Assembly: GCA_028534125.1 (NCBI GenBank)
Contig: CM052816.1
Coordinates: forward strand, 68,388,001 to 68,452,000
Length of the DNA stretch: 64,000 bases
Origin: Lama glama
Taxonomy: Eukaryota
Reading direction: 5' to 3'
A program made the translations under genes and the position numbers. Below are positions 63,639-64,000 of this stretch, one piece after another. Within the stretch, counting starts at the first letter, position 1, and every line of letters starts with the position of its first letter. The notes beneath the pieces are model-generated. The model was not told the origin of the DNA. It worked only from the letters and a program-made list of their open reading frames with translations, and ran no database searches.

Positions 63639-64000
63639 ATATATATGGTCTATGAAACGAGCATTGTCCACATAGAAGGAGCCCCAGGGAATGACAATTA
63701 AGAGTGAGGGAGAGCAAGGTGCCTTCACTTTGTGCCAACATTTCCAGCTTTTGCCTGAGAAGCTTCCTTCCTGAGTCCTGCACACGAATCTAATCCTGAC
63801 AGCACCCATCAGTCAACAGTTAAGTCAAACACTTTCTATCTATGCTACTTGCATGCTGAAAGCCATGACAAAGCTGGTGATCTCCAAGTCCAAATGCTTA
63901 CAAAGACCAACGTTAACTGGACCTGAACCAAATAATACTGCATATTATGTGGAGATTAGAAGCTAGACCGGTAATGCATTTTTCAAGCAGCCCACATAGC

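Noticed and set aside
1..64000. CRISPR arrays, operons or other prokaryotic systems
   Set aside because: The window is intron-containing mammalian DNA with no regularly spaced repeat-spacer structure.

Overview
Mammalian genomic DNA, most likely camelid (inferred from three tRNA-derived SINEs with a GGGGAGGGTATAGCTCAAGTGGTAGA head and camelid-type L1 3' ends). It spans the convergent (tail-to-tail) cytokine-receptor pair IL6ST (gp130, + strand) and IL31RA (- strand). IL6ST contributes its last three coding exons (transmembrane, Box1, cytoplasmic tail) and a ~4.3 kb 3'UTR. IL31RA contributes six consecutive ectodomain exons (57-60 kb down to 38 kb) and its terminal exon. Its middle exons, including the transmembrane and Box1 exons, are absent, almost certainly hidden in a fixed-length 500-N gap. 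The rest is intronic or intergenic and rich in L1, L2, MIR, MaLR, ERV solo LTRs and hAT DNA transposon relics. I found no evidence of a wholly new biological system. The best leads are an apparent loss of a conserved IL31RA cysteine, a GC donor with a read-through ORF and intronic polyA signals (candidate soluble receptor), twin competing donors, a strong CTCF motif and an orphan CpG island between the genes, and several unusual retroelement structures. Repeat family names and comparisons to human proteins are from memory, not from searches.
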